NCBI GenBank assembly: GCA_963822585.1
Contig: CAWGIE010000026.1
Span: 320,001 to 384,000 of the forward strand
Source of the DNA: an uncultured bacterium
GTDB lineage: Bacteria > Auribacterota > Erginobacteria > Erginobacterales > Erginobacteraceae
DNA length: 64,000 nucleotides
Reading direction: 5' to 3'
Both the position numbers and the translations under genes were made by a program. Below are positions 39,640 to 48,596 of the stretch, piece by piece; within the stretch, counting starts at the first letter, position 1; the number at the start of each line of letters is the position of its first letter. The notes under the pieces are model-generated. The model did not search any database. It saw only the letters and a program-made list of their open reading frames with translations, and was not told the DNA's origin.

Positions 39640-40122
39640 TCATTCCCCCCCCTCCCCCAGTTTCTCTCTCAGCACCCGAAGACTGTTCTGGGCCGGAAGA
39701 AAATCGGGGTCCAACCGGCGGGTTTCTTCCATTTCCAGCCGGCTGGAGTTGAAATCCCCCAGGAGGAAATAGATGGTGCCCAGGCGATAATGGGCCGGCA
39801 CCAGGGACGGTTCCACTTCCAGGGCGGCCGTAACTGCCTTGCGCGCTTTTTCGAAAAGATCGTGGTATCCGTAGGCAACGGCCAGATCGTAATATACTTC
39901 ACCCAATTCCAGATGAGCGGCGGCGACCGCCGGATCGGCCGCGATCGAGCGTTCATAATAATGGATCTTCCGGTAGGTGGAACGAGGGGCGGCCTGGGCT
40001 CTTTCTTTCCAGTATTGGCCTTCGCGAATTTTCCTCTCCTGCTGGAGACCTTCCAGGCCGCCGGTAGTGAAAAGACGGAGAATCACGTTAAAGAGAACGA
40101 GATTGGAAGCGAAAACACCCAT
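39640..40122 (-). CDS. Small TPR protein with an N-terminal hydrophobic segment
   Basis: AHLELGEVY, AHYRLGTIY, LDPDF TPR patterns. Confidence 0.72.
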   Translation of the reverse strand: MGVFASNLVLFNVILRLFTTGGLEGLQQERKIREGQYWKERAQAAPRSTYRKIHYYERSIAADPAVAAAHLELGEVYYDLAVAYGYHDLFEKARKAVTAALEVEPSLVPAHYRLGTIYFLLGDFNSSRLEMEETRRLDPDFLPAQNSLRVLREKLGEGGE

Positions 40123-40255
40123 CGGCAACCCATGGAGAAATCAATCCGGCTTGCTCCGGTTATCCCGGGCGCGACCGGGAAGAGGAAATAGGAAATTCCG
40201 GCGGAGGTTCCCCGGAGGAAAACACCCTCGGGAAACGGGGATCCGCGGCTGTTTC

Positions 40256-41149
40256 CTATTGGCTTACTTTCGCCTTTTCCAGAGCATTACTCAGGTATCC
40301 GCCGGTCAGGGCATCGATACTGGCCGTCACCCGGGCGATCTGGAGCTGGAGGTCAATCTTGGAGCGGACATCGTCCGGCGGGGAGAAGAGCATCTCGATC
40401 TGGGCGCGGCGGCGGTCAAAGAAATAGGTATTCACTTCCTCCAGAACGTCCTGTCGGAGCTCGACCAGATCCCGTGCCTCTTTGCTGATCTTGGTCTGTT
40501 CCTTGCTGTATACAAAATCCCGCAAGTCCCAGGCAAGCTTGATCCTCCACCGGTTATCATTGTCCGTCCGCTCACTGGTGTCATGGCTGGTGCTCTCCCC
40601 GGTGTCCTCGCCGGAGTTTTCCGATGACGACCAATTGTTGTCGACATCGGTTGACCACTTTTCGCGCAAAGACCAGGAAACATCCCCCGGGTTGAGAGTG
40701 GTCGACGTCTCCCCGTACTCACGGGTATAGGTATTCGTCCGGCTGCCGTCGCGGCCGGAGTCCGATGAGTAGGAGGTATCGAAGCTGGTCGAGAAACTGT
40801 CGTCGACAGTGGTCTCGTCCACCCGCCGCCAGTCAAAGTCCAGGTCCACCTCGGGGAGGAAAGCCCTCAGAGACGCTCCCCGGCGCCAGGCCTCGATCTT
40901 GTCGGGGTGCACTTCCGCGTAGCGCATCGCCGCCTGCTGGATCTCCTGATAGCTGGGCTCGAACGCAAAGAGCGCCTCCATATCAGCCATCGTCTCGATC
41001 GGGGGCGGTTGAGTGGTGAATTCATGCGATCCGCCGAGGCTCACCGGCGCCGGGGCATGCTTTTTTTTCTTGGACGCGCCGAGGTTGACCAGGGTTAAGA
41101 GCAGGAAGAGTACCACCACTGTGGGACGGATGGCGTTCTTGACGGACAT
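40256..41149 (-). CDS. Single-repeat TolC/OEP-like exported protein with a greatly extended beta-hairpin
   Basis: Signal peptide, AGGAGG RBS; EP..E.QQAA...FLP.V.L / W.I.LAWDL...V..Y...IDALTGG; homologous to the C-terminus of 41396-44254. Confidence 0.7.
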   Translation of the reverse strand: MSVKNAIRPTVVVLFLLLTLVNLGASKKKKHAPAPVSLGGSHEFTTQPPPIETMADMEALFAFEPSYQEIQQAAMRYAEVHPDKIEAWRRGASLRAFLPEVDLDFDWRRVDETTVDDSFSTSFDTSYSSDSGRDGSRTNTYTREYGETSTTLNPGDVSWSLREKWSTDVDNNWSSSENSGEDTGESTSHDTSERTDNDNRWRIKLAWDLRDFVYSKEQTKISKEARDLVELRQDVLEEVNTYFFDRRRAQIEMLFSPPDDVRSKIDLQLQIARVTASIDALTGGYLSNALEKAKVSQ

Positions 41150-41175
41150 GGCAGCCTCCTTATAAATTTGTTGCA

Positions 41176-41314
41176 TAAATTAGCTTAATTCGTTTTAGGA
41201 CTGAGAGCTTCGCGCTAACTTTTAGGTAGCTGCACCTTTTAAGGTGCGCAATAGACGCAGGCTAAAGCTTGTGGCTACCTTCTTTACGACATTAATTAGA
41301 AATCCTGAGCAGTA
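41176..41314 (-). repeat. Bipartite intergenic element enclosing a REP-like palindrome (41226-41278)
   Basis: Minus strand: tactgctcaggatttc-[gtagccacaagctttagcctgcg..gcaccttaaaaggtgcagctac]-aaagttagcgcg..aagctaattta. Confidence 0.6.
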
Positions 41315-41395
41315 GCTTAGATCACTGCGTTCGTAACCTGTTTAAACCTCAGCTAAATATTCAAAACATATTATTTTTACGAAGTAAAAATAATA

Positions 41396-44254
41396 TTAGC
41401 GCAGCTGTTTCTCCCTTTCCTTGATCGTGGTGGTGAAATATCCTCCCGTCATCGCGTCCAGACTGGCATCGAGCTGCTGGATCTGGAGCAGCATCTCAAC
41501 CTTGGAATAGGCATCGGCGGGAGGGTTCATGATCATGTCTATCCGGGCGGTGCGGCGATCGAAGTAATAGAGGGTGACCTGTTCCAGGACATCCTGCCGG
41601 AGTTCGACCAGATCCCGGGCTTCCTTGCTGATCCTGAGCTGCTCGGTATTATAGAGGAAATCGCCCAGTTCCCATCCGAAAGAAAGACCCCACACTTGCT
41701 CGGTGGAGTCCCGGTAGCCGGTGTCGGCCCTCCTATCCTCGCCATAGTCTTCACCGTAATTATCCTGGGAATCGCTCCCTGTTTCCCTCTGCTGGTAGTA
41801 ATCATTACTCTGCTCGAACTGGTAGATATCCCCGTCGGTGGGACTGACGGTGAAGGAGGTGTCAAACTCGTTGCCGGTGCGGTCCTTGTTCTGGTTGTAA
41901 TTCCCGCCATTGTTGTCGTAGCTGGTGGAGTAGGAGTACGACTCTTTCTGAGCGTAGTCTTCCCGTTCCCGGGTTCTCCGGGAAAAGCCGAAATCGATTT
42001 GAGGAAGGAAGGCCATCAGAGAGGCGCCCCGGCGCCAGGCGGCGATCTTGTCCGGGTGGACCTCCGCCCAGCGGGCGGCCGCCTGCTGCACTTCCACCCA
42101 GGTGGGCTCGGCGCGGAAATACGGCGCCAGATCGTCCAGCCCGGTAATCTGCTCGGGCGGGATCAGGTTGACCGCTTCTTGTCCTTCCGGAGCGGCGGCG
42201 GAAGCCATCCGGGAAAGGCTGAAATTGGGGACGCCGTCCTTGACGCCCTCCAGGGTCAGCTTGAGGTCGGCCGCGCCGTCACCATCCAGGTCCACCTCTT
42301 CGCTCTGGCCGGGTCTGACCTGGATCGTCCGGGGTTCGGACTCGATGATGACGGTCACCATCCCGGTGGCATCGTCGATGGTTTCGACCGTTATGCTGTG
42401 CCGTTCGTTTCCGTCAAGGGTAATCTCGCCGTTGCCGGCGAGGGCCAGCGTGTCCCCGGAGGAGAGGTCGAGGAAAAGGGGGGGGGCGCTCCGGAAAACC
42501 CGGTTGTCGGTAATCATCCAGACCGTGGCCGGGTTGAGGGGATCAAAAGCGAGGAAATTACAGCCGGAGAACGTCGAGCCGAAGGTGAGTCTCTCCCACG
42601 CCCCCCCTCCGTCCCTGCTTCCGAAAACCCCCCGGTCGGTGGCGATGATGACCGTGTCCGGACTGGTCGGAGAGACGATCAGATCCCGGACCTGAACCGT
42701 GCTTCCGATCCCCAGTCCCATGGCGGAGTCCCAGCTCGCCCCGCCATCCACGCTTTTGTACACTCCGCTAAAGGTCCCGGCGTAAATCACCTGCGGCTGG
42801 GAGGGGGCGAACTTGATGGAGAGGATCGAGTTGGCCTGCTGGTTGCCCTTGCTGAAGCAGTCCGTCCAGGTGTCTCCCCCGTCAACGCTCTTGAATATCC
42901 CCTTGCCGGCGGTGCCGGCCAGCACCACCTTCGAGTCGAAGGGATGAACGGCCAACCGGGTGATGACCTTATCGCTTACCCTCCCGACAAGCCGGCCCCA
43001 GGTCTTCCCGCCGTCTTTGCTGCGGGCGATCCCGCTCAGGGAACCCGCGAAGATGGTGTCCGGATTTGAGGGATCGACGACCAGGGAAACCCCCGCCGAC
43101 TGGGTGGGATTGGCGCCAGTATAGATCTGCTCCCAGGTGACGCCCTTATCTATTGATTTATATACCCCGTCAAAGGTGTTGAGGAATATCCTGTCCGAGC
43201 TGGAGGGGTCGAACTCGATATAGGTGACGCCGGAGATGGATAATCCCGCTTCCGCCACCGCGGCGGCGGCGGCTTCGTCTTCATCGAGGACCGGGGCGCC
43301 CTCGGCGGCGACCGCGGCGCCCGGCGCCTGCTTGTCTTGCAGGTCGGCCAACTCTTTCTCGGCCGCGGCCTGAGCCGCCGCGGCATCAGAGGCAGCTGAC
43401 TGCTCCACCGCTATCCTGGCCTCGACATCCTTGACCAGGTTTTGGCTCTCCGTGACATCGTTCTTGGCCTGGTCGACGACATCCTTCAGAGTGTCGCCGG
43501 CAGCCGCGTGCTCGGTCAGGTAGTTCTTCAGGGCTTCCTGACGCTCATGAGGGTCGCTCGGGGTCGCGATGCCCCGCTCAGTGAGCCAGTTCCCCAGCTG
43601 GGCATAATCGTCATCATCCATATAGTTATCTTCGGTATAGGTGAGGCCGTCAACATCGTCGGCATGGAGTTCATCCGGCGTCCACGCGGAGAGGGCGGTC
43701 TCGGCATCCTTCAGCACCTTCTCATCCTGGATCACGGCCGCCTCGGCTTCCTTGAGCTGGGTGTCCAGGTCCTTGACATCGCCCTCGGTGGCGGCAATAG
43801 TGGCATCTTTCTCCGACACCACTCCTTGCGCCTGGGCGATCTCCTCCTGGACGGCATCCTGCTCGACCTGCGCCTCGATGCCCTCCTCCTGTCCGCCGGT
43901 GGGCCGGGTGGCCGACGACGTCCCGCCGGTCTCCTCGATCAGGAGCAGGATCTCCTGCGCTTCCGGGCTATCCGCGGCGGAGACCGGGACTTTATTATTC
44001 CGGAAACTCTCGCCCGAGGTCCAGGTCTCCCCCCCGTCCGGACTGCTGACAACCGCCAGATTGGTCCCGATAAAGACTACCTGGGGGTCGAGTGGATCAA
44101 GTGCCAGGGCCCGCAGGTCGTCCTTGAGATTAAGATACTTGACTTCCCAGTTCAGGGGAAGGGGCTGGGGATAAGCTGCGGAAGAGATCAACATCAACCC
44201 GGTGATGGCCAAGAAGCAAGCGGACGGCACGATACAAATCCTGGCTCTGATCAT
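41396..44254 (-). CDS. Exported BNR/Ycf48-type beta-propeller with a coiled-coil insert and a TolC/OEP-like C-terminal domain with extended beta-hairpin
   Basis: Signal peptide; repeated S.DGG.TW Asp-boxes; Ala/Glu/Gln-rich heptads; C-terminus paralogous to 40256-41149; GGAGG RBS. Confidence 0.75.
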   Translation of the reverse strand: MIRARICIVPSACFLAITGLMLISSAAYPQPLPLNWEVKYLNLKDDLRALALDPLDPQVVFIGTNLAVVSSPDGGETWTSGESFRNNKVPVSAADSPEAQEILLLIEETGGTSSATRPTGGQEEGIEAQVEQDAVQEEIAQAQGVVSEKDATIAATEGDVKDLDTQLKEAEAAVIQDEKVLKDAETALSAWTPDELHADDVDGLTYTEDNYMDDDDYAQLGNWLTERGIATPSDPHERQEALKNYLTEHAAAGDTLKDVVDQAKNDVTESQNLVKDVEARIAVEQSAASDAAAAQAAAEKELADLQDKQAPGAAVAAEGAPVLDEDEAAAAAVAEAGLSISGVTYIEFDPSSSDRIFLNTFDGVYKSIDKGVTWEQIYTGANPTQSAGVSLVVDPSNPDTIFAGSLSGIARSKDGGKTWGRLVGRVSDKVITRLAVHPFDSKVVLAGTAGKGIFKSVDGGDTWTDCFSKGNQQANSILSIKFAPSQPQVIYAGTFSGVYKSVDGGASWDSAMGLGIGSTVQVRDLIVSPTSPDTVIIATDRGVFGSRDGGGAWERLTFGSTFSGCNFLAFDPLNPATVWMITDNRVFRSAPPLFLDLSSGDTLALAGNGEITLDGNERHSITVETIDDATGMVTVIIESEPRTIQVRPGQSEEVDLDGDGAADLKLTLEGVKDGVPNFSLSRMASAAAPEGQEAVNLIPPEQITGLDDLAPYFRAEPTWVEVQQAAARWAEVHPDKIAAWRRGASLMAFLPQIDFGFSRRTREREDYAQKESYSYSTSYDNNGGNYNQNKDRTGNEFDTSFTVSPTDGDIYQFEQSNDYYQQRETGSDSQDNYGEDYGEDRRADTGYRDSTEQVWGLSFGWELGDFLYNTEQLRISKEARDLVELRQDVLEQVTLYYFDRRTARIDMIMNPPADAYSKVEMLLQIQQLDASLDAMTGGYFTTTIKEREKQLR

Positions 44255-44355
44255 GAGCGACCTCCTTAATGGAAAATTGACATATTTTATTAATGTATCG
44301 TATAGTAAGAAAAGTTTGACTCGCGGTCAACAGAAAAAAATATTTTTCTTACTCC

Positions 44356-46230
44356 ATGAAATTGACCCATCCGTACCGGATTCTCCTGCCGGCTCTCCTC
44401 CTGGCGACCGGGGTGCTCTTCGCCCCCTCTCTCCGCTTCCCTTTCATCTGGGATGACACCGAGGTCATACGCGACAACCCCTACCTCCGCTCCGCCGGCT
44501 CATCGGCTCTTTTCTTCCGGCCCGCCTACTGGCAGCAGATGCTCCCGATCTCCCGCTCCGACTACCGGCCTCTCCAGATGATCTCACTGGCCGCCATCTC
44601 CCGGGTGGGGGGGACGAACCCGTTTTTCTTTCGGGGCGTCAACCTCGCCCTGCATCTTTTAGCCTGCCTACTTCTGCAATCGCTTCTCCTCCGCCTGGGA
44701 GCGGGAAAACCGGTGGCCCTGACGGCCACGGCCCTCTTCGCCTTGGACCCGGTTCACGTGGAAGCTGTTTTCAATGCCCGGAACATCGCCGAGCTGGCGG
44801 CGGCCGTCCTTCTCCTCTCGGCCTTCATCCTCTTCCTCCGCAACCGCGGAAGGCTCACTTTCGCCGCGGCGGGCTGCTTCCTGGGTTCACTCCTCTATAA
44901 GGAGAGCGCGCTCGTCTTCCCGGCGCTTCTGACCGCCACCGTCCTGACCGCGGGGAGAGCGGAGTTACGGATTCGCGGACTGCGTCGCACCATCCCCTTC
45001 TGGTTGATGGCGGCCGCAGCCGCGGCCGCGAAGATCATGCTCTCGGGGAGCGTCCTGAAGGAGACCCCCCCCCTTCCTTCCTTCATCACCGGCATCTCCC
45101 GCCTGGGATTGATCTACTTTCGCCTCCTCCTCTTCCCGGCCGGGCTCAAGACCCTCTACTCCTTTTTTAAACCGGTCAGCTGGGCAACTCCGGAAAACAT
45201 CCTTTCTTTTTTGGCGGCGGCGGCCTTGCTGCTCGCCGCCAGCGCGGCCGGGCGAAAAAGCCGGCTTTTCCGGTGGGCCCTGGTCTGCCTGCTGATCAGC
45301 CTCCTGCCGACCCTGTTCAAGATCGGCCAGATCGGGCGAATCGTGGCCGAACAGCGGCTCTATTTCCCCTCCTCCTTCTTCTGTCTCGGGGGGGCTCTCA
45401 TCATTCATCGTGTTTATGAAGGCTGCCGCCGACCGGGACGGTCGGCGACCGTTATCTCCGCGATCGTCATCTGCGTGGCCCTCTTCATATTGAGCGAAAA
45501 GTATCTCCTGAGCTGGCGGAGCGAGATGGCCCTCTGGACGAGGGTAACGACTCTCTCACCCCGGGCCGCCCTCGCCCGGAACAACCTGGCCATCGCCTTC
45601 CACCGGCAGGGGGATGATGAACGGGCGAGGGAAGAACTGGAAATCGCCCTGCGGCTCAGTCCCCGCCACAGGGAATCCCACAGCAACATGGGGGTACTCC
45701 ACGCGCTTGCGGGCCGCTGGGAAGAGGCGGCCATCGAATTCAAGAAAAGTTTAAAGAGCGACCCCTCATACTACGCGGCCTCCCTCCACCTGGGCGAGGT
45801 CTATCTGAGGATGGGACGACTGGAGGAAGCGGAAGAAGTGCTGCGGGGGGTCGTGAAGGCAAACCCTTATATCCCGCAAGCCTGGAACGGTCTGGCCATC
45901 ATCCTGGAAGAGATGGGGAGGGGCCGGGAGGCGGAAAAACTCTACCGGACGGCCGTCCGGCTTAATCCGGAGTACATCTCCCCCCTGAGAAACCTGACCG
46001 CGCTCTACCACGAACGCAAGGACTTTGACCGGGCGATCGCGACCGGCCGCGAAGCGATCCGGAAACAGCCGGGGAATCCCAACGGCTACATCACGCTCTC
46101 GAGTGTCTACATCACCCTGGGACGCCTCACTGAAGCGCGGCGAGTTCTGGAGGAAGGACAGCGGAAGCTGCCCGGGAATGGGGAGCTCAGAAACCGCATC
46201 CTGGCGCTCAAATCCGCGCGGCCGGACTAA
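44356..46230 (+). CDS. TMTC-like GT-C membrane glycosyltransferase with TPRs
   Basis: FIWDD..I..NP, YRPL, NLALH, P.HVEAV, YKESA, AEQRLYFPS, six or more TPRs. Confidence 0.82.
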   Translation: MKLTHPYRILLPALLLATGVLFAPSLRFPFIWDDTEVIRDNPYLRSAGSSALFFRPAYWQQMLPISRSDYRPLQMISLAAISRVGGTNPFFFRGVNLALHLLACLLLQSLLLRLGAGKPVALTATALFALDPVHVEAVFNARNIAELAAAVLLLSAFILFLRNRGRLTFAAAGCFLGSLLYKESALVFPALLTATVLTAGRAELRIRGLRRTIPFWLMAAAAAAAKIMLSGSVLKETPPLPSFITGISRLGLIYFRLLLFPAGLKTLYSFFKPVSWATPENILSFLAAAALLLAASAAGRKSRLFRWALVCLLISLLPTLFKIGQIGRIVAEQRLYFPSSFFCLGGALIIHRVYEGCRRPGRSATVISAIVICVALFILSEKYLLSWRSEMALWTRVTTLSPRAALARNNLAIAFHRQGDDERAREELEIALRLSPRHRESHSNMGVLHALAGRWEEAAIEFKKSLKSDPSYYAASLHLGEVYLRMGRLEEAEEVLRGVVKANPYIPQAWNGLAIILEEMGRGREAEKLYRTAVRLNPEYISPLRNLTALYHERKDFDRAIATGREAIRKQPGNPNGYITLSSVYITLGRLTEARRVLEEGQRKLPGNGELRNRILALKSARPD

Positions 46231-46348
46231 CCCCCTCCCTGCCTTTCCCCCTTTTTTAACCGCGGATTGGGCGGATTAGCCGGATTACTTACCGCTCCCC
46301 GGCCCTTTTCATCAGCCGCGGAAACAGGCAAAATATGAATAAATCGGG

Positions 46349-47146
46349 TTATTCCTGATTTTTCTCAACCTCGTCCTTGACATCATCGATCTTCCCCTCG
46401 AGGTCCTTGATGTCGTCGGTGTCGTCCTTTATCTCCTCGACAATATTCAAAATATCCTTCAGAATATCCATCTCGTCCCGGATATCGGAAACATCACCGG
46501 CGATATCCTCCACCGTGCTCGAGTCGCCGACAGATGATTCCAGCTTATCGACCGAATCAGCAATGTCGCCGGCCGCGTCCTTGACATCGTCGAGGCGCCG
46601 GCCCATGTCGGAAATATCCGCGGTCTCGTCCTTGATGTCGCTGACCATATCGCTGATATTCTCCGTCTCTTTCGTGTTCGATTCCACCTTGGAGATGGCC
46701 TTCTTCAACTCGGCATTCTCCCGGGTGAGTTCGATCAGTTTTTGAATAATCAGCTGTTGCTGGCGCACGATCTCTTCCCGGTCCTGCATGCTCCGGCTTC
46801 GCGCTTCCGGATCGACTTTGAGCTCGATCTTGAAGAGCGTCTTATTTTCTATCACATTGACGCCGCGGGGGGTCTCCTCGAGATTATATTCCGTCTCCGG
46901 CTGGACCAGGCCGGGCGCGGTCCCGGCGGCCGCCCGGCGAAACACGGCCAAAGCCTGCGCCATTTTTTCCCGGGCCAGGTCCTCGTTACCAGCCTCCCGG
47001 GCCTGGTAGGCTTCCTTTAAAATACCATAGCCCTGATCGATGTCATCACCGGGCGCGGCTGGCGGAAAGGCGGACGATTCGGTCAAAGCAACGATCAAAA
47101 AACAAACAATCAGGAACAGACCGTTTCTATTCTTTTTCATCATCAT
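46349..47146 (-). CDS. Exported protein with an acidic coiled-coil tail
   Basis: Signal peptide; repeated (S/D/E)(D/E)(I/V)(K/R)D heptads. Confidence 0.7.
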   Translation of the reverse strand: MMMKKNRNGLFLIVCFLIVALTESSAFPPAAPGDDIDQGYGILKEAYQAREAGNEDLAREKMAQALAVFRRAAAGTAPGLVQPETEYNLEETPRGVNVIENKTLFKIELKVDPEARSRSMQDREEIVRQQQLIIQKLIELTRENAELKKAISKVESNTKETENISDMVSDIKDETADISDMGRRLDDVKDAAGDIADSVDKLESSVGDSSTVEDIAGDVSDIRDEMDILKDILNIVEEIKDDTDDIKDLEGKIDDVKDEVEKNQE

Positions 47147-47278
47147 AAGTCAGCGCCTCCGGCGCAACTTGTAGTGCAAAGTATAAGGTGTACGGGGCAC
47201 TTTCCCCCTTTGTCCTGCACTTTACGCTACCGTTTTTAAAATTCCGAAACAATAGATGAGTTCCCTGCAGTAGCTCAT
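47146..47278 (-). repeat. Bipartite intergenic element
   Basis: Minus strand: atgag..ctcatc-tattgtttcggaatttt-[gtagcgtaaagtgcag..tactttgcactac]-aagttgcgccggaggcgctgactt-ATG. Confidence 0.65.
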
Positions 47279-47371
47279 GTACTATTATTGTCTGAAATAG
47301 TATTGTCCCGAGAGTAAAAAAATCAACCTTTATCTTGATAAATCAACATCCTGGCGTGACCGGGAAAATGA

Positions 47372-48535
47372 TTAATTTTCCCGGTCGCTCCAGGATAAAC
47401 AATAGAGCTTCCGGTCTGAAGAGGCGCCGAAGATTTGTTGCCCGTCCAGGGTCAGCCAGGCCGGGGCGGAACTGAAGAGATTATACTCCCAGACTTGATC
47501 CCCGCTGGCGGCGGAGAGACAGTGGATCACCCCCCCGGAATCGGAAACCAGAACGTCACCGCCCGCAATCCGGGGGATGGAGAATAGAGACGAGGCAATC
47601 TTGCGCTCCCATTGAACACTGCCGTCGGCGGCACGGAATCGGTACAGTTTCCCGGCCCTGGTTCCCGTGAAAACCGCATCCCGGTACAGGGTCGGAGAGT
47701 CGGAGGGGGAGCCGTCCACGCTGCTTTTCCAGACCGTCCGCCCGGCGCCCAGATCGATACAGTACAAATCTCCCCGGTTATTCCCCGCGTAGACTTTCCC
47801 CTCCCGGCAGAGGGGAGCGACGGAAACGCCGCTTCCCAGATCGGCTTTCCAGATCTGCTTCCCCCCCGCCAGATCAAGACAGAGGAGAGAACCGTCCCGG
47901 GAACCGGCCACCACGCGGTCAGCGCAGACCACCGGCGAAGCGTCAACCGGAGCATCGGTCTTGAACTCCCAGCAGATACTGCCGGTGGCTCTGTCCAGAC
48001 AGTAAATTTTATAATCCAGGCAGCCGGCGAGCAGACGGTCCCCGGCGGGGACGGGCGAAGAATGAACGGGTGCCGGCAGATGGCGCCTCCATCGCCGGCG
48101 CCCGGTGCCCAGATCCAGGCACCGGATCTCCCCCTCATCTTCCATGGTCTGGGTAGTCCGGGGGGGGGAGCCGAAGATCCCTCCCCCCGGTTCATGAGTG
48201 ACGGTGACTTCCCGGCGGGAGATCGAGACGTATACTTTTTCATCCCTGACGACCGGAGAGGCCGCTATGTATCCGGAGAACCGCCGGGACCATATTTTCC
48301 GTCCGCTGGCCGAATTGAGACAGCTCAGGATCCCGGCCCGGTCGCCGATCACCACCTTTTTGGAGAATACCGCCGGCGCCGCATCAAACGGCCCTTTCGA
48401 ATTGAACCTCCAGAGCAAATGGGGCCGGGGAATGAGATCGGCGTGCGGAAGCGGCGCGGGAAGAGGTTCGGCCCCTCTGGCCGGAAAGGGCCGGGATAAG
48501 CACAGGCAGCCAAGAATAATCAGGAGGGGTCTCAT
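47372..48535 (-). CDS. PQQ-like beta-propeller repeat protein (BamB-like)
   Basis: Repeated SP.V.....G..DG.L.CLD...G...W motifs; start 48535 or 48592. Confidence 0.82.
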   Translation of the reverse strand: MRPLLIILGCLCLSRPFPARGAEPLPAPLPHADLIPRPHLLWRFNSKGPFDAAPAVFSKKVVIGDRAGILSCLNSASGRKIWSRRFSGYIAASPVVRDEKVYVSISRREVTVTHEPGGGIFGSPPRTTQTMEDEGEIRCLDLGTGRRRWRRHLPAPVHSSPVPAGDRLLAGCLDYKIYCLDRATGSICWEFKTDAPVDASPVVCADRVVAGSRDGSLLCLDLAGGKQIWKADLGSGVSVAPLCREGKVYAGNNRGDLYCIDLGAGRTVWKSSVDGSPSDSPTLYRDAVFTGTRAGKLYRFRAADGSVQWERKIASSLFSIPRIAGGDVLVSDSGGVIHCLSAASGDQVWEYNLFSSAPAWLTLDGQQIFGASSDRKLYCLSWSDREN

Positions 48536-48596
48536 CCTCAGGGAATCCGACAGGACCCGCGAATTCACTTTTCCCCCGGAGAGAGCACGCACTGCT

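Noticed and set aside
47238..47278. Hammerhead ribozyme (CGAAAC in the reverse complement of motif L)
   Set aside because: No CUGANGA core at the required position.
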